From contig NC_086097.1 in assembly GCF_963921235.1 (NCBI RefSeq), positions 21,516,001 to 21,580,000 on the forward strand: DNA of 64,000 nt, in the 5' to 3' direction. The notes beneath the pieces were generated by a model. It did not search any database, was not told where the DNA came from, and saw nothing but the letters and a program-made list of their open reading frames with translations. The position numbers and the translations under genes were made by a program. Positions within the stretch are counted from its first letter, which is position 1; each line of letters begins with the position of its first letter. This document shows, piece by piece, positions 1 to 11,819 of this stretch. Source of the stretch: Mobula hypostoma. Its lineage: Eukaryota.

Positions 1-290
1 TGGGCCGAATGGCCTCATTCTACTCCTATATCTTCTGGTGGCCATGGAATAATGATGCACGTCGCCTTTCTACGGCAGTGCCTCCTGTTAATACTACCAA
101 TGGCGGGGCGGTATTTGCTCATTGAGAGATAATTGCTGGCTGGGGCGCTACTTCTTATTCAGACTGTGACTCCATTTTTAATCACCCCGCTACCTGTGTG
201 TGTCAGCCACAGGCTGATGTCTGGGAGACTGAGGGGAAATGATTGATGGAAATAATGAGGATAACAAATCTGAAGTAAACCAAATGATCT

Positions 291-490
291 AGTAGAGTTG
301 TGGTTAGTGCAATCGCTTCACAGCGTCTGATTTCACCGATTGGGATTCTATTCCTGCTGCTGACTGTTAGGGGTTTGTACGTCCTCCCGTGACCGTGTGG
401 GTGTCCTCTGGGTGCTCTGCTTTCCTCTCGCTTTACAAAGACCTATAGGTTAGGGTTAGTGATTTGTGGGCATGCCTTGTGATGTACTGG
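291..490 (+). mobile_element. tRNA-derived SINE with V-domain-like core (HE1/V-SINE type), degraded
   Basis: Core gtttgtacgtcctcccgtgaccgtgtgggtgtcctctgggtgctctgctttcctc matches the V-SINE central motif seen again at 1440, 5260, 26590 and 51680. Confidence 0.75.
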
Positions 491-1354
491 CACGTCCCTC
501 CCGCTACTGTCTGCAGCCTCTCATTCTGCATTTGAATTCCAATCTATTCCCACTCGGTCTACATCTTGCACCAATTATTTTGACGTGTTTTGCAACCTGC
601 ATTGAAACAGGTGTCTTATATTTTTAGACAGCATTTAATCACACACTCCCTGGCTCCCAGACTACTTAAGCCCTTGAGGGGTAAAAGTCAGTAAAAAAAA
701 ATGATAAGGGGAGTTAAATGACTTTTATTGAAATGAACAATTTATCTTAAAGAGAGTGGAGGAGATTCCTTTAATCTCACGTCCACAGCATGAACCATCA
801 GCGCTCTACGAAGCACATGGGGAATTTGCACCTGTAACAGTCACAGGGATAGAAAGAGAGGGAAGTATCATTATTACAAGTAAAACATTTTCAAGGCTGC
901 AGATTAACTAACAGATCTGCTGCAAACAACCTTAATTTTTCCTGACTACCTTGAATGGCTCGAAAACTTTTCTCCTCACCCTGAACATCTCCCCTTTACC
1001 CACTCCCAAATGAGGGCCATAAATCAAGCAGTCAGCTCCCAACACTGAATTTTCTTTAATTCAGTCAGATGGACCTTGTGTCCTTCTGGATTAGCCCAGA
1101 GTCTGCGGGAGTTGAAGTTTCATCTCTGGAGCACTAGTGTGCGCACCTCCAGAGAATAGAAACCCATGGGGCACCAGCAACAGAATTAGTCTTGCTTTAC
1201 TGTTCTTTGAGCACTCCTGTCTACCAATTGCAACATTAATTAAGGATGGGTGGAATGAATATTTGCATCATCTGGAGCATCAGCCAGCTGAGTAATCAGG
1301 ACTTTGCTCTGGTATAAGAAGGCTGTGCTTTACCAGAATGGATATGTCGGATAT

Positions 1355-1642
1355 ACCGTAGCAGTTAGTGCAATGTGTTTACTGCTCAGGGCGTCACGTC
1401 GGAATTTGGAGTTCAAGCGTAGGAAAGTCCTCTGTGAGAAAGTTTGCATGGTCCTCCCATGTGCCTGTGGATTTCCTCTGGGAGCTTCAGTTTCCTCCCA
1501 GACTCCAAAGATGTACTGGTTAGTAGGTTAATTGATCATTGAAAATTGTCCTGTTAGTAGGGTAGGGTTAACTCGATGGGCAGTGTGGCTTGGTGGGCTG
1601 GAAGTGCCTGTTTCATGCTGAATCTCTAAGTAAAATAAATAT
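1355..1642 (+). mobile_element. V-domain tRNA SINE
   Basis: gtagcagttagtgcaa head, tttgcatggtcctccc...gtttcctcccagactccaaagatg core, CR1-like tail ending taaaataaat. Confidence 0.75.
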
Positions 1643-1659
1643 ATGGCAGGGGCTGGGGA

Positions 1660-2165
1660 CAGCATGTTTAAAGGCATTGAAATGAACCTCCCCTCTGTGG
1701 GCTCTGTCTACACTATAGCCTGCCTCAGTTAAGCAGCTAATGTAATGAAAGACTGGACATTCTCTCTCTCTCTCCTCCCCAGTGGGCTAAAGATACACAA
1801 GTCTGTGCCACCAAGGTCTCGAACAACTTCTAACCCACTGTTATAAAACTATTGAATGGTCTGCTGGTGTGATAAGATAGATACAAACAATGCATTTCAT
1901 GACGTTTGGAGGTTTCAATGTATATGTGACAAATGAAGCTCATCTTTAAACCTCTTCACCCCATGATCCACCTCGTTATGGCCTTGCACGTTATTGTCTG
2001 CCTGCACTGTACTTTTTCTGTAACTGTAACACTTTATACTGCACTCTGAAATGTTTTACCTTCTGTTACCTCAATGCACTTTTGTAATGAAATGAACTGC
2101 ACAGATGTTATGCAAAATAAGTTTTACCCTGTACTTCAGTACAATAATGAGCCAATTAATCAATT
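1660..2165 (+). mobile_element. Rex1/Babar-type LINE 3' remnant
   Basis: Degenerate ORF end and 3' UTR shared with 47140-47610 (gttatggccttgca...ttattgtc). Confidence 0.55.
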
Positions 2166-2389
2166 TATTAATCATTCAACCTGAGCTGACACACCTACAT
2201 CAACCCTGTTCCACTTTTGACCTATATTCAGTGGCCACTTTATTAGGTACACCTGTACAACTGCCCATAGTGCAAATATCTAGTTAGCCAATTATGTGGC
2301 AGGAACTCATAGCATAAAAGCATGCAGACATGGTTCAGAGGTTCAGCTGTTGTTTAGACCCAAACTTCAGGATGGGAAAGAAATATGAT

Positions 2390-2892
2390 AGTAACATAGA
2401 AAATCTACAGCATATTACAGGCCCTTTGGCCCACAATGTCGTGTCAACCATGTAACCTACTCTAGAAACTGCCTAGAGTTTCCCTACCGCATTGCCCACT
2501 ATTTTTCTAAGCTCCACATACCTATCTAAGAGTCTCTTAAAAGACCCTATTGTATCCGCCTCTACCACCTTCGCTGGCAGTGCATTCCACACACTCACCA
2601 CTCTGTAAAAAAACCTTGCCTCTGACATCTACTTCTAAGCATCTTAAAACTATGCCCCCTCATGTTAGCCATTTCAGCCCTGGGAGTGCCTTCAATCCAG
2701 GCAACATCCTTGTAAGTCTCCTCTGCACTCTCTCTATAGTATCTACATCCTTCCTGTAATGAGGTGGCCAGAACTGAACACAGTACTCCGAGTGGGATCT
2801 AACTAAGGTCTTGTATAGCTGTAACACTACCTCACAGCTCTTGAACTCAATCCCAGGGTTGAAGGCCAACACACCATTTGCCTTCTTAACAA
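2390..2892 (-). mobile_element. CR1 LINE 3' fragment
   Basis: ORF 2660-2872 (LYKTLVRSHSEYCVQFWPPHYRKDV...VQRR) is the CR1 ORF2 C-terminus; CR1 3' UTR and microsatellite tail. Confidence 0.9.
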
Positions 2893-2902
2893 TGATCTAA
2901 CG

Positions 2903-3091
2903 CAGGGATGGCCAATCTTTGGCATTCCATGCATCAATTTTTTCACACACGAGTTCAGATGCGATTTTTTCACACACGAGTTCAATGTTAACATTTTTAC
3001 ACCAATTGTGGGGGTACAAGAGTTGTATGGCACATCTGAACTTGTGCATGAAAAAATTGACGCATGGAATGTGAAAGGTTGGCCACCCCTG
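2903..3091. mobile_element. hAT-type MITE
   Basis: Ends cagggatggccaa / ttggccacccctg, ~60-bp imperfect inverted arms, 8-bp flanks atctaacg / atctaact (7/8). Confidence 0.85.
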
Positions 3092-3914
3092 ATCTAACTG
3101 ATTTTGAGCGTGGAATGACAGTTGGTGCCAGACAGGGTGGTTTACGTATCTCAAAAACTGCTGATCTCCTGGGATTTTCACGCACAACAGACACTAGTGT
3201 TTACAGAGAATGATGTGAAAAACAAAAAAAAACACCCAGTGAGTGTCACTTTGGGCAAAAATGCTTTGGTAATGAGAGAGGTCAGAGGTGAGAATGGCCA
3301 GAGTGGTCCAAGCTGACAGAACTTAAATCACCATGTGTTACAACAGTGGTGTGAGAAGAGCATCTCTGAATGAACAACATATTGAAGCTTGAAAGTGGGT
3401 GGGTTACAGCAGAGGACCATGAACATACACTCAGTGGCCACTTTATTAGCTATAGGATGTACCTGATGCCTCAGTGTATGTCAGGATGGTTAAACACCTT
3501 CCGCCCTTCTGTCTCCTCTTCAGTTCTCTGTGGTTGAAGCCAACTCCCTATCTGCTCCTTTCTCGCAGCACTGCAAATGTAGGACAATGTTAAAACCAGA
3601 GGAAAGAGATCATCAGTAGGCAAGGGGTGACAGTAGAAAGGATTCTGGAGTCAGAGAGCACTACGTCAGGGCAGCAGGCCCTTCGGCCCTTCTAGTGTAG
3701 CCAACAGAAGTATTATTTACCGTAGAATCACATAGGACTGAAGGCAAGATGTATGAGAACTCTGTTTTTTATTTATCCATTCATAGCATATCACCACTGA
3801 TTGGCTAATAGGGATTCCACAAAAAGTACAGGCAGCAAGTTGCTGCCTTCACCCGTGTGGTCTTGATAACAGTGGCAAATCAGATTGGCTCCCCAGGCCA
3901 TTTCACAGTGGATA

Positions 3915-4032
3915 GGTCTTCAGCCTGAAATATTAACCCTGCTTCTCTTCTGCAGAAGCTGCCTGTCCTGCTGATGCTCTCCAGCATTTTCAGTGATTGC
4001 TTCAGATTCCCAGCATCGGCAGGTGTTTTGAT
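3915..4032 (+). mobile_element. Penelope-like element terminal remnant
   Basis: gcctgaaatattaac...gctgcctgtcctgctga...ccagcatttt, the PLE end motif recurrent in this window. Confidence 0.65.
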
Positions 4033-4064
4033 TTTAATTTCTCAGTGGGTTTAATGTTCTGTGG

Positions 4065-4770
4065 GTTATAGAGCACTTCACACAGAAACAGGCTCTTTGG
4101 CACCACTTAGTCCATGCGGAACTATCAACCTGCACCCAGACTGTGGCCCTCCATAACCCTTCCAGCTACAGAATGTACTTTTCCAAATTTAGAGCCTTAG
4201 AGTCGTGGAACACTACAGCACAGAAACAGGCTCTTTGTCCTGTTTAATCTGTGCCAAAATATTAATCTGCCTTGTCCCATCAACCTGCACCCAGCGCGTG
4301 GCACTTCATACCCCTCCATTTATGTCCCTGTCCAAATTTCTCTTCAATGTTGAATTCTAACCTGCATCCATCACTTCCACTGGCAGCTCTTTCCGCACTC
4401 TCACTAACCTCTGAGTCAAGTTTCCCCTCATGTTCTCCTTAAACATCTCACCTTTCATCCCTAACCCATGTCCTCCAGTTCTAGTCTCATCCAAGCTCAG
4501 TGGAAAAGGCCTAGCTAGCATTTACCTCATCTATACCCCTCATAATTTTGTACATCTCTATCAAATCTCCCCTCCTCCTCCTCCTACACTTTCCAAATCA
4601 TCTTAACCTATTCAGTCCTTTCCTATACCGCGGGTGCTCAAGCCCCAGTAACATCCTTGTAAAATCTCTCTGAACTATTTCAATCTTACTGATATCTTTC
4701 CTGTAGGTTGGTGACCTTAAATACACACAATACTCTGAATTTGGCCTCACCAGTGCCTTATACATCTTCA
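4065..4770 (-). mobile_element. CR1 LINE 3' fragments (two tails in tandem)
   Basis: Two cacagaaacaggctcttt tails followed by CR1 ORF2 3' sequence homologous to 48620-49200. Confidence 0.85.
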
Positions 4771-4789
4771 ATATTAGGAGTCAATATTA

Positions 4790-4962
4790 GGAGGCTATTA
4801 CAGACTCCCAATGGGTTTTTACAACAACCCATTAGTTTCATGGACATCATTACTGATGATAGTTTTTTTCTTCTGGATCTATATAATTAACCAAGTCCCC
4901 AGCTGATCTCCTGATCGTTAGTGAAGGCCTCTTGATTACAAGTCCAGGGATGTAAGCATGTG
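4790..4962 (-). mobile_element. old tRNA-type SINE (second family), partial
   Basis: Reverse complement resembles 36440-36690 (cagctgggga..., ccatgaaact..., ttgt..taaaaaccca). Confidence 0.5.
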
Positions 4963-5171
4963 TTTCTGGTGTGCTAGTTGAGAGATAATTGCTGGCTGGG
5001 ACACCACTTCTTATTCTGACGGTGACTCAATTTTTTAACCTCTCCACTACCTCTGCGTGTAGGCAGATGTCTGGGAGACTGGGCGGGGGGGGGGGGAAGA
5101 TAAAGGAGAAATGAACAAAGGAAATAACAAGGATAACAAATCTGAAATAAACCAAATACAATGAAAAAAGA

Positions 5172-5470
5172 CACGGTAGCGTAGCCTTTGGTGCTTTGCT
5201 TTACACTGCTAGCTTTCACTGATCGTGGCTCAATTCTTGCTGCTGCCTGTACAAACTTTGTATGTTCTCTCCATGAGTTTCCTTCAGAAGCTCCAGTTTC
5301 CTCCCACATTCCAAAGATGTACGGATGGGGTTAGGGAGTACTGGGCAAACCATATTGGTGTTGGAAGCTTGGCGACACTTGCATAATCCTTGCTGGTTTG
5401 ATTTGACACAAATGACACATTTCTCTGAATGTTTTGACGTACATATGACAAATAAAGCTAACATTTTTAA
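5172..5470 (+). mobile_element. V-domain tRNA SINE
   Basis: ggtagcgtagc head; gctccagtttcctcccacattccaaagatgtac core; tail gacaaataaagctaa as at 26520-26825. Confidence 0.75.
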
Positions 5471-6096
5471 AGAATACAGCTTCTCTTCTGTAAACGTAGT
5501 ACAGTCCAAGTAACGTTATTGTGTCAGTCCATTACATCAGCTCTGTACATTTACAGCATTGCCTCCAGCTTCTGTGTGTCTATAAAAAGTACCAGAAAAT
5601 AGCTTCAACAAGCTTTGTTCCTCTGAACTTGCACTGCCATTTTACAAGTTACCACACAATACTCAGACCACTGTTGGCTAAGGGGTGAATGTAGTTGATC
5701 TGAGGATTTAATTGGTATTATCAATGTGAGGAGATGCTTTGAGAAGGTTAATGAATAATGTAGGTCTATTTTCCACCACGAACAAAGGGCAAGGATTAAG
5801 GAGGAAATTGGATTTTTTCTGACAGCAAAATTTGAATATGGAACAGTTTTGTCACGAATAGTCATTACAAGAGTATACTAGAAAATTTTACATGCCTTTG
5901 GAAGGACATTTGACAAGGAAGACTGAGATTTATTTGGTAACATTTCAGTTCTTCTGGTCTTAAAAAGTACTTCAACTAGTCGGTTCTTGTCAAAGAGCAT
6001 CCTTTATTGCCCTTTCACTGCCTCTGCCTTGCCACACTCTTGACTGATCAGCAGTAACCCACTGGGCTGAAATTACTTCCAACTCAGTAGGTGAGA

Positions 6097-7005
6097 CCAT
6101 TAGCCATAGGGAACAGAATTAGGCCATTTGGTCCATTGAGTCTGCCTCGCCATTCCATCATGGCTGATTTATTATCCCTCTCAACCCCTTTCTCCTGCCT
6201 TCTCCCTATAACATTTGATGCCCTGACCAATCAAGAACCTATCAATCTCCAGCTTTAAATGTACCCAATGATTTGGCCTCCACAGCTGTCTGTGGCAATG
6301 ATTTTCACAAATTCCTCACCCTCTGGCTAAAGAAATTCCTCCTAATCTTTGTTCTAAAGGCATGTCCCTCTATTCCAAGGCTGTGCCCTCTGGTCCTAGA
6401 CTCCTCCAATATCGGAAACATCTTCTCCACGTACACTCTAGATAGGTCTTTCAGTATTCTGTAGAGTTCAATGAGATCCCTCTGCCCCTGCTAAACTCAA
6501 GTCACTACAGCCCCAGAACCATCAAATGCTTCACATAAATTAACCCTTTCATTGCCAGAATAATGCTGGTTAACCTCCTCTGGACCATCTCCAATGCCAG
6601 CACATCTTTGCTTAGGTAAGTGGCCCAAGTCTGCTCACAGTACTCCAAGTGTGGTCTGACTAATGCCTTATAAAGTTTCAGCGTTACATCCTTACTTTTA
6701 TATTCCAATCATCTCAAGATGAATAGCACTGTATTTTCCTTCCTTGCCACAGTCTCAGCCTCCAAGTTAACCTTTAGAGAATCCTGCATAAGGATTTCTA
6801 AGTCACTTTCCACCTCTGGTTTCTGAATTTGCTCCCATTTAAAAAAAAATAGTCTATGAAAGTGCATTGCCATACAATTCCCTACACTGTATTCCATCTG
6901 TCACTTCTTTGCCCATTCTCTAATCTAATTCCTTCTGCACCCTTCCTGCTTTCTCAACACTACCAGCCTATCCACCTATCTTCGTTTCGTCCACAAACTT
7001 GCCCA
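6097..7005 (-). mobile_element. CR1 LINE, 3' part of ORF2, degraded
   Basis: ORFs 6505-6708 (LYKALVRPHLEYCEQ) and 6709-6897; CR1 3' UTR. Confidence 0.9.
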
Positions 7006-7139
7006 AAACATATTGACCAAACCGATTGTCTTCAGCCCTGTTTGATAACTCTGTTTCTTTTTCCAAATTTCCAGCATTTTCTGTTTGTTTCAGATTTTCT
7101 GCATCTGTAGTATTGTTTCAGTTTTCTTCTCTTTCTTCA

Positions 7140-8300
7140 ACACCTTTGCCAATCACTGCTGAACCCCTGATCTGTGCTCTTGTAAACTCCAGATTTGGCT
7201 CTTCAGAGCACTCTCCTAAATTTGAACCTCCACATATCTTCATCCAGCCAAATCTTTGCAGGCCCTGCCCTAATCTGCTGTGACCCATTCACCCACCACA
7301 TAAGAACAGAAGAGCATACGAAATAGGAGAAGGAGTAGGCCATCTGGCCCATCGAGCTTGCTCTGCCATTCATTAAGATCATGGTTGATCTGACCACAGA
7401 CATATCTTCACCTACCTGCCTTTTCCCCAAAACCCTTAGTACCCCAACTATGCAAAAATCTAACCAACCTTGTCTTAAATATATTTACTGAGGTAGCCTC
7501 CACTGCTTCATTGGGCAGAGAATTCCACAGGTTCATCACCTTCTGGGAAAAGCATTTCCTCCTCATCTCTGTCCTAAATCTACTCCCCCGAATCTTGAGG
7601 CTATGTCCCCTAGTTCTAGTCTCACCTATCGGTGGAAACAACTTTCCTGCCTCTGTCTTATCTATCTCTTTCATAATTTTATATGTTTCTATAAGTTCTC
7701 TCATTATTCTGAATCCCAGTGGGTACAGTCCCAGGGGACTAAATCTCTCCTCAAAGTCTAACCCCCCAATCTCTGGAATTAACCTGGTGAACCTCCTCTG
7801 CACCGCCTCCAAAGCCAGTACATCCTTCCTCAAGTATGGAGACCAGAACTGCACACAGTACTCCAGGTGCGGCTCCACCGGTACCCTGTACAGTTGCAGC
7901 GTAGCCTCCCTGCTCTTAAATTCAATCCCTCTCGCAATGAAGGCCAACATTCTGTTTAGCCTGCTGTACATGCAAACCAACCTTTTGTGATTCATGCACA
8001 AGGACTCCCAAATCCCTCTGCACAGCAGCATGCTGCAATTTTTTTTACCATTTAAATAGCTCCCCTTTCTCCTGAATCATATCAACTCAGAACTTAAAAA
8101 AATTTTATCTTTATTTTCAAAGTCCTCCATTGCCCTACCCCTCCCCATATCTGTAACCTCTTTCAACTCTGCAGCCCTTCTGAGATCTTAATGCTCCTTT
8201 AAGTTGGATCCTGCATCATCCTCAATCACCTTATCTACCTCCATTAGTTGTCAAGACTTTAAACAGTGCAATTTCTTCTCTGAAGTTCTCCACCTTTTTG
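7140..8300 (+). mobile_element. L2-clade LINE 3' remnant split by a CR1 insertion
   Basis: ctgctgaacccctgatc...ctccagatttg...cccattcacccacca (7140-7297) continues as ttcaaagtcctccattgccctacccctcc...tctgtaacctc (8059-8300), the L2 ORF2 3' pattern. Confidence 0.55.
7298..8058 (-). mobile_element. CR1 LINE 3' fragment
   Basis: ORF 7408-8031 (EPHLEYCVQFWSPYLRKD...TRGHSLK...LWNSLP). Confidence 0.92.
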
Positions 8301-8619
8301 AGAAAGGGCGTAGGAGCCCTTTCCGGTCTTTTGGCTGATACATGTCGTTTAAACACTTCTAAACTAGGCTAATTGACTAGTTATCACCTTACTGTTTCTT
8401 GTGTTTAGACTGTATGATTTGGCTGCTGTGATTGCCCAAGGGTGACCTGCAGGCTAGCAAAGGGAAGAGCCCCTTACACCTCCTTTGCTAGAGGTGGATA
8501 TCCACCCTGCCACCCAAGAGGAATAATGTCAAATATTAATCTAGAATTGAAGCATACTCAGTAAAACTAAATACTTTGCTCTGGCCTAGACTATGTCCAG
8601 TGCTCGGTTAGCAGAGCAG

Positions 8620-9370
8620 TGTACAACCCAAGCCAACTGAGTGTAATGAGGGTCTTGATGTTGGGAGCATTGGTCAGGGAGAGAACACTAACATTGGTTC
8701 ACTTGTTGTTCCAGAGGACCAAGTGGAAATAACATGCCAACTATCTCTCTGGTGCCTTGAGCTGCCTGCTATAGGAAATCCATAACAATACCAGGAGCTG
8801 CATTGCCTCCATTCACCACAGTAAAATTGCTTGACTCCATCTTTGCTTCTGCTGCCAATCCCTTTGATAAATCTGGACTTGATTATGCCTGACTCATTGA
8901 ACTTCTTTGCTTTAAAGTGGAGATCATCCAAAACTCTGCTATCTATGGCACAAGTCAAACTCTTCCCCTCCTGTGTGCACTGCCGTATCTTGGCTTTCAG
9001 TAAACCACGCCTTGGATTTGAGATTATCACTGCTGACTTCAAATCCCCCTGGGGCCTTGTTCCTCTCTGCTCTGTAATCTCCATGTCATACAGTCTCAGA
9101 AAAGTTCTGTCATGTGGTCCCTGAAGAGTTTTTGTTTCACTACCATGAATTCAGTCACCCCATTAGCCATGCCTTCAAACTGCCAAATTCATGAGTCCCT
9201 ATTGTATCTCTGCTTTCCTTTCTCCTTCAAAAGGCTCAGTGACATCTCCTCTCCAGTCATACTTGCTTTCAGAGCTCCTTCTGTGTCTTAAAGTCAAATT
9301 TAGTTTCATAACTCTCCCATGAAGCTCCTTGGGATGCTTTGACAAATATATCGTCAATGTTTAATATCGT
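8620..9370 (+). mobile_element. ancient L2-clade LINE remnant
   Basis: atccaaaactctgct...ttcaaatcccc...ctctgtaatctcc and 3' end tgaagctccttgggatg resemble L2 3' regions. Confidence 0.5.
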
Positions 9371-9799
9371 GTCAACTTGTGGGTGTTTCACAAGAGAAAA
9401 TCTCCCTTTTGCTCTATATCTGCCTTGGAAATTGTCAGTAATAACCAATCAGCTCAGGTGGAGTGGAGGAAAGGTGGTTATTGCAGCCAAATTACAGTAT
9501 GGACTGGTGACTATCACAGCCAATTACGCCATCTCAGTTGGAAATTGGACAGAGAATTTTCACAACCAATCACTTCAGGGCGACTCTGATAGCTGTCACA
9601 ACTAATCAGGTGTCCAATTTTTAAAAAAAAATCTTTAAAATGATGAACAATAATCATCTTTGAAATCTAGTTTTCAAATATATTTCAAATCTTGTTTTAG
9701 AAATTAAAATACTAAAATGGCACAGTGTGAGCAATCCCCTACAAGATAGTTGGTGAGTGGGGGAATTTGATGGCAGACAAGCAAACTGGTATTTAATAA

Positions 9800-10410
9800 A
9801 GCAAAGACACAAGAGATCCTGCAGTTGCTGGAAGCCTGCAGCAAATTGCACCAAATACAACCGCAGCTCGCTATGTCGGGCAGCATCTATGGAGGAAAGT
9901 AATGGTCTGAAAGGCAGAGCTGAAGACCTGCACAATTAGTCTCGAGGTATTACATAAAATTTTTGCTGGCACGAACATCTATTTTTCTAACTTCCTGTAA
10001 TTTCTTCCCCTCCCCCCGCTCTCTTTTTCCATTCCCCATTCTAGCTTCCCTCGTGCCCCTTCCCTTCTCCTCACCTGCCTATCGCTTCCTGCTGGTGACC
10101 CTCCTCGTTCCCTTTCTCCCATCGTCCACACTCCTTTCCTTACAGATTCTTTCTTCTTCAGCCCTTTCATCTCCCAGCTTCTCACTTCATCACACCCTTT
10201 TCCACTCACCCACCATCCCCTTCACCTATCACCTGCTGGCTTGTACTCCTTCCCCTCCCCCCCCATTCTAACTTCTGCCTCCTTCCTTTCCAGTCTCGAA
10301 GGGTCGTGACCTGAAAGGTTGATTGTTTATTCCTCTGCATAAGTGCTGCCTGACCTGTTGAGTTGCCCCAGCATTTGGATTTCCAGCATTTGCAGAATCT
10401 CTTGTATTTA
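9800..10410. mobile_element. Penelope-like element ends in inverted arrangement
   Basis: Minus-strand end 9800-9935; plus-strand end 9970-10410 with pyrimidine-rich UTR and decayed hammerhead ccagtctcgaagggtcgtgacctgaaagg. Confidence 0.75.
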
Positions 10411-10789
10411 TTAATTTGAAAAACTGCTATTGTTACAATCAAGCCAGAGTTTCAACTCATGTTCATGGGGCAATGAGGTTGTGAAGTTGGGGAAATGTGA
10501 ACTTAAAGTGGCAGATGGGTACGAGCTGGCAGGCTGAAGGCGAAACAAAGAACACAGGAGTGACAGTCGTGACAAAATGAGATCGACCAGATCAGGGAAT
10601 CCCCATATCCTGGCCTCAGGCCTCAGATCATCAAATCCCCAGACCAACATGAGGTTGACAAAATCAGGAGAAAATACATGACAGCAGAAGTTTTAAAACT
10701 TGACAAATGATTAAATCCACACTCCCCAATATTCTGCAGAGAGTGCGTGCAGGAACCTCACAGTCATTGTAGTCACAGATCCATGTATG

Positions 10790-11545
10790 GTATTTGTGGG
10801 GGGAGGGATTGCCTGCCATCACTGGGTGTGTTGTATATGTCCTGATTACTGGGTAAATGGGGAGGCTATGTTAGACATAGACATAGACATACTTTATTGA
10901 TCCCGAGGGAAATTGAGTTTCGTTACAGCTGCACCAGCCAAGAATAGAGCATAAATATAAAAATACAAAAACCACAAACAATCGAACAACAATATGCAAA
11001 CTATGCCAGATGGAAATAAGTCCAGGACCAGCCTATTGACTCAGGGTGTCTGACCCTCCACGGGAGGAACTGCAAAGTTCGATGGCCACAGTCAGGAACA
11101 ACCTTCCATGACGCCCAGTGTTGTATCTCGGTGGAATATGGCTGGAGTCCAACAGCAAAAAGTTCAATATCCGGGCTACAAACAAGTGCCTCGATCGTAA
11201 TATGACCAGGATTGCACCATCCGTTGTTAACCAGAACAGCAAGCCCCCAACTCCTTTACGCTTACCGCTTACCCGTTATGATTAATGGGAGGGTAGGCCC
11301 TGATTTCAGGGAGGGAGGAATGTCCTAATTACTGTGAATGGTGTGTCCTGATTACTGGGAGGGTATCTGATTCCTGAGTGGGGTGTTTCCTGATTACTGG
11401 TAGGGTATATAATTACTGGTGGGTTGTGTCCTGATTACTAGGGGGGATCGTGTGTCTGGGTAGTGTGTGTCCTGATTACTGGGGAGGGTGTGTCCTGATT
11501 ACTGGGTAAATGAGAGGATATGTCTTTATTAATGGGAGGTCAGGC
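10790..11545. repeat. degenerate minisatellite, core gtcctgattactgg, interrupted by a retroposon
   Basis: About ten recognisable cores with variable G-rich linkers on both sides of 10872-11274. Confidence 0.8.
10872..11274 (-). mobile_element. short non-autonomous retroposon with a Rex1/Babar 3' end
   Basis: Ends ...GGSDTLSQ* with the same 3' UTR end and hexamer tail as the 13603 and 31098 LINEs; the 5' part does not match them. Confidence 0.75.
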
Positions 11546-11819
11546 CTGCGCTGGACCTGATTGCGCCCATCCCATAAACTGCAACTTCTACTTATTCTTA
11601 CCCTCCTCTGCTGTGGCGGACACACAAGGCAATCTTTGTCAGAATTAGTCACAGTGAGCTGAAGAGAGAAGGCAAGACAGCAGCAAGAGTTGTGTTAGTT
11701 GCTTTTATAGCCAGATGCTTAGCCATTCATTGATACTGGTATTGGTTTATTATGGTCATGGACTCCATCTCCACCGCATCTGTTCCCGGGATGAGGCTTT
11801 CCTTTCCAGGACATCAGAG

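Larger units (their letters stand above)
2225..3478 (+). mobile_element. Tc1/mariner-derived non-autonomous DNA transposon, interrupted by a CR1 and a hAT MITE
   Basis: Terminus ta(t/c)tcagtggccactttattaggtac at 2225 and again at ~3425; internal remnant of the Tc1 transposase N-terminal HTH; homologous to 16465-16950. Confidence 0.8.

Noticed and set aside
8674..9084. 136-aa minus-strand ORF as a host exon
   Set aside because: Antisense to an apparent L2 remnant; no recognisable domain
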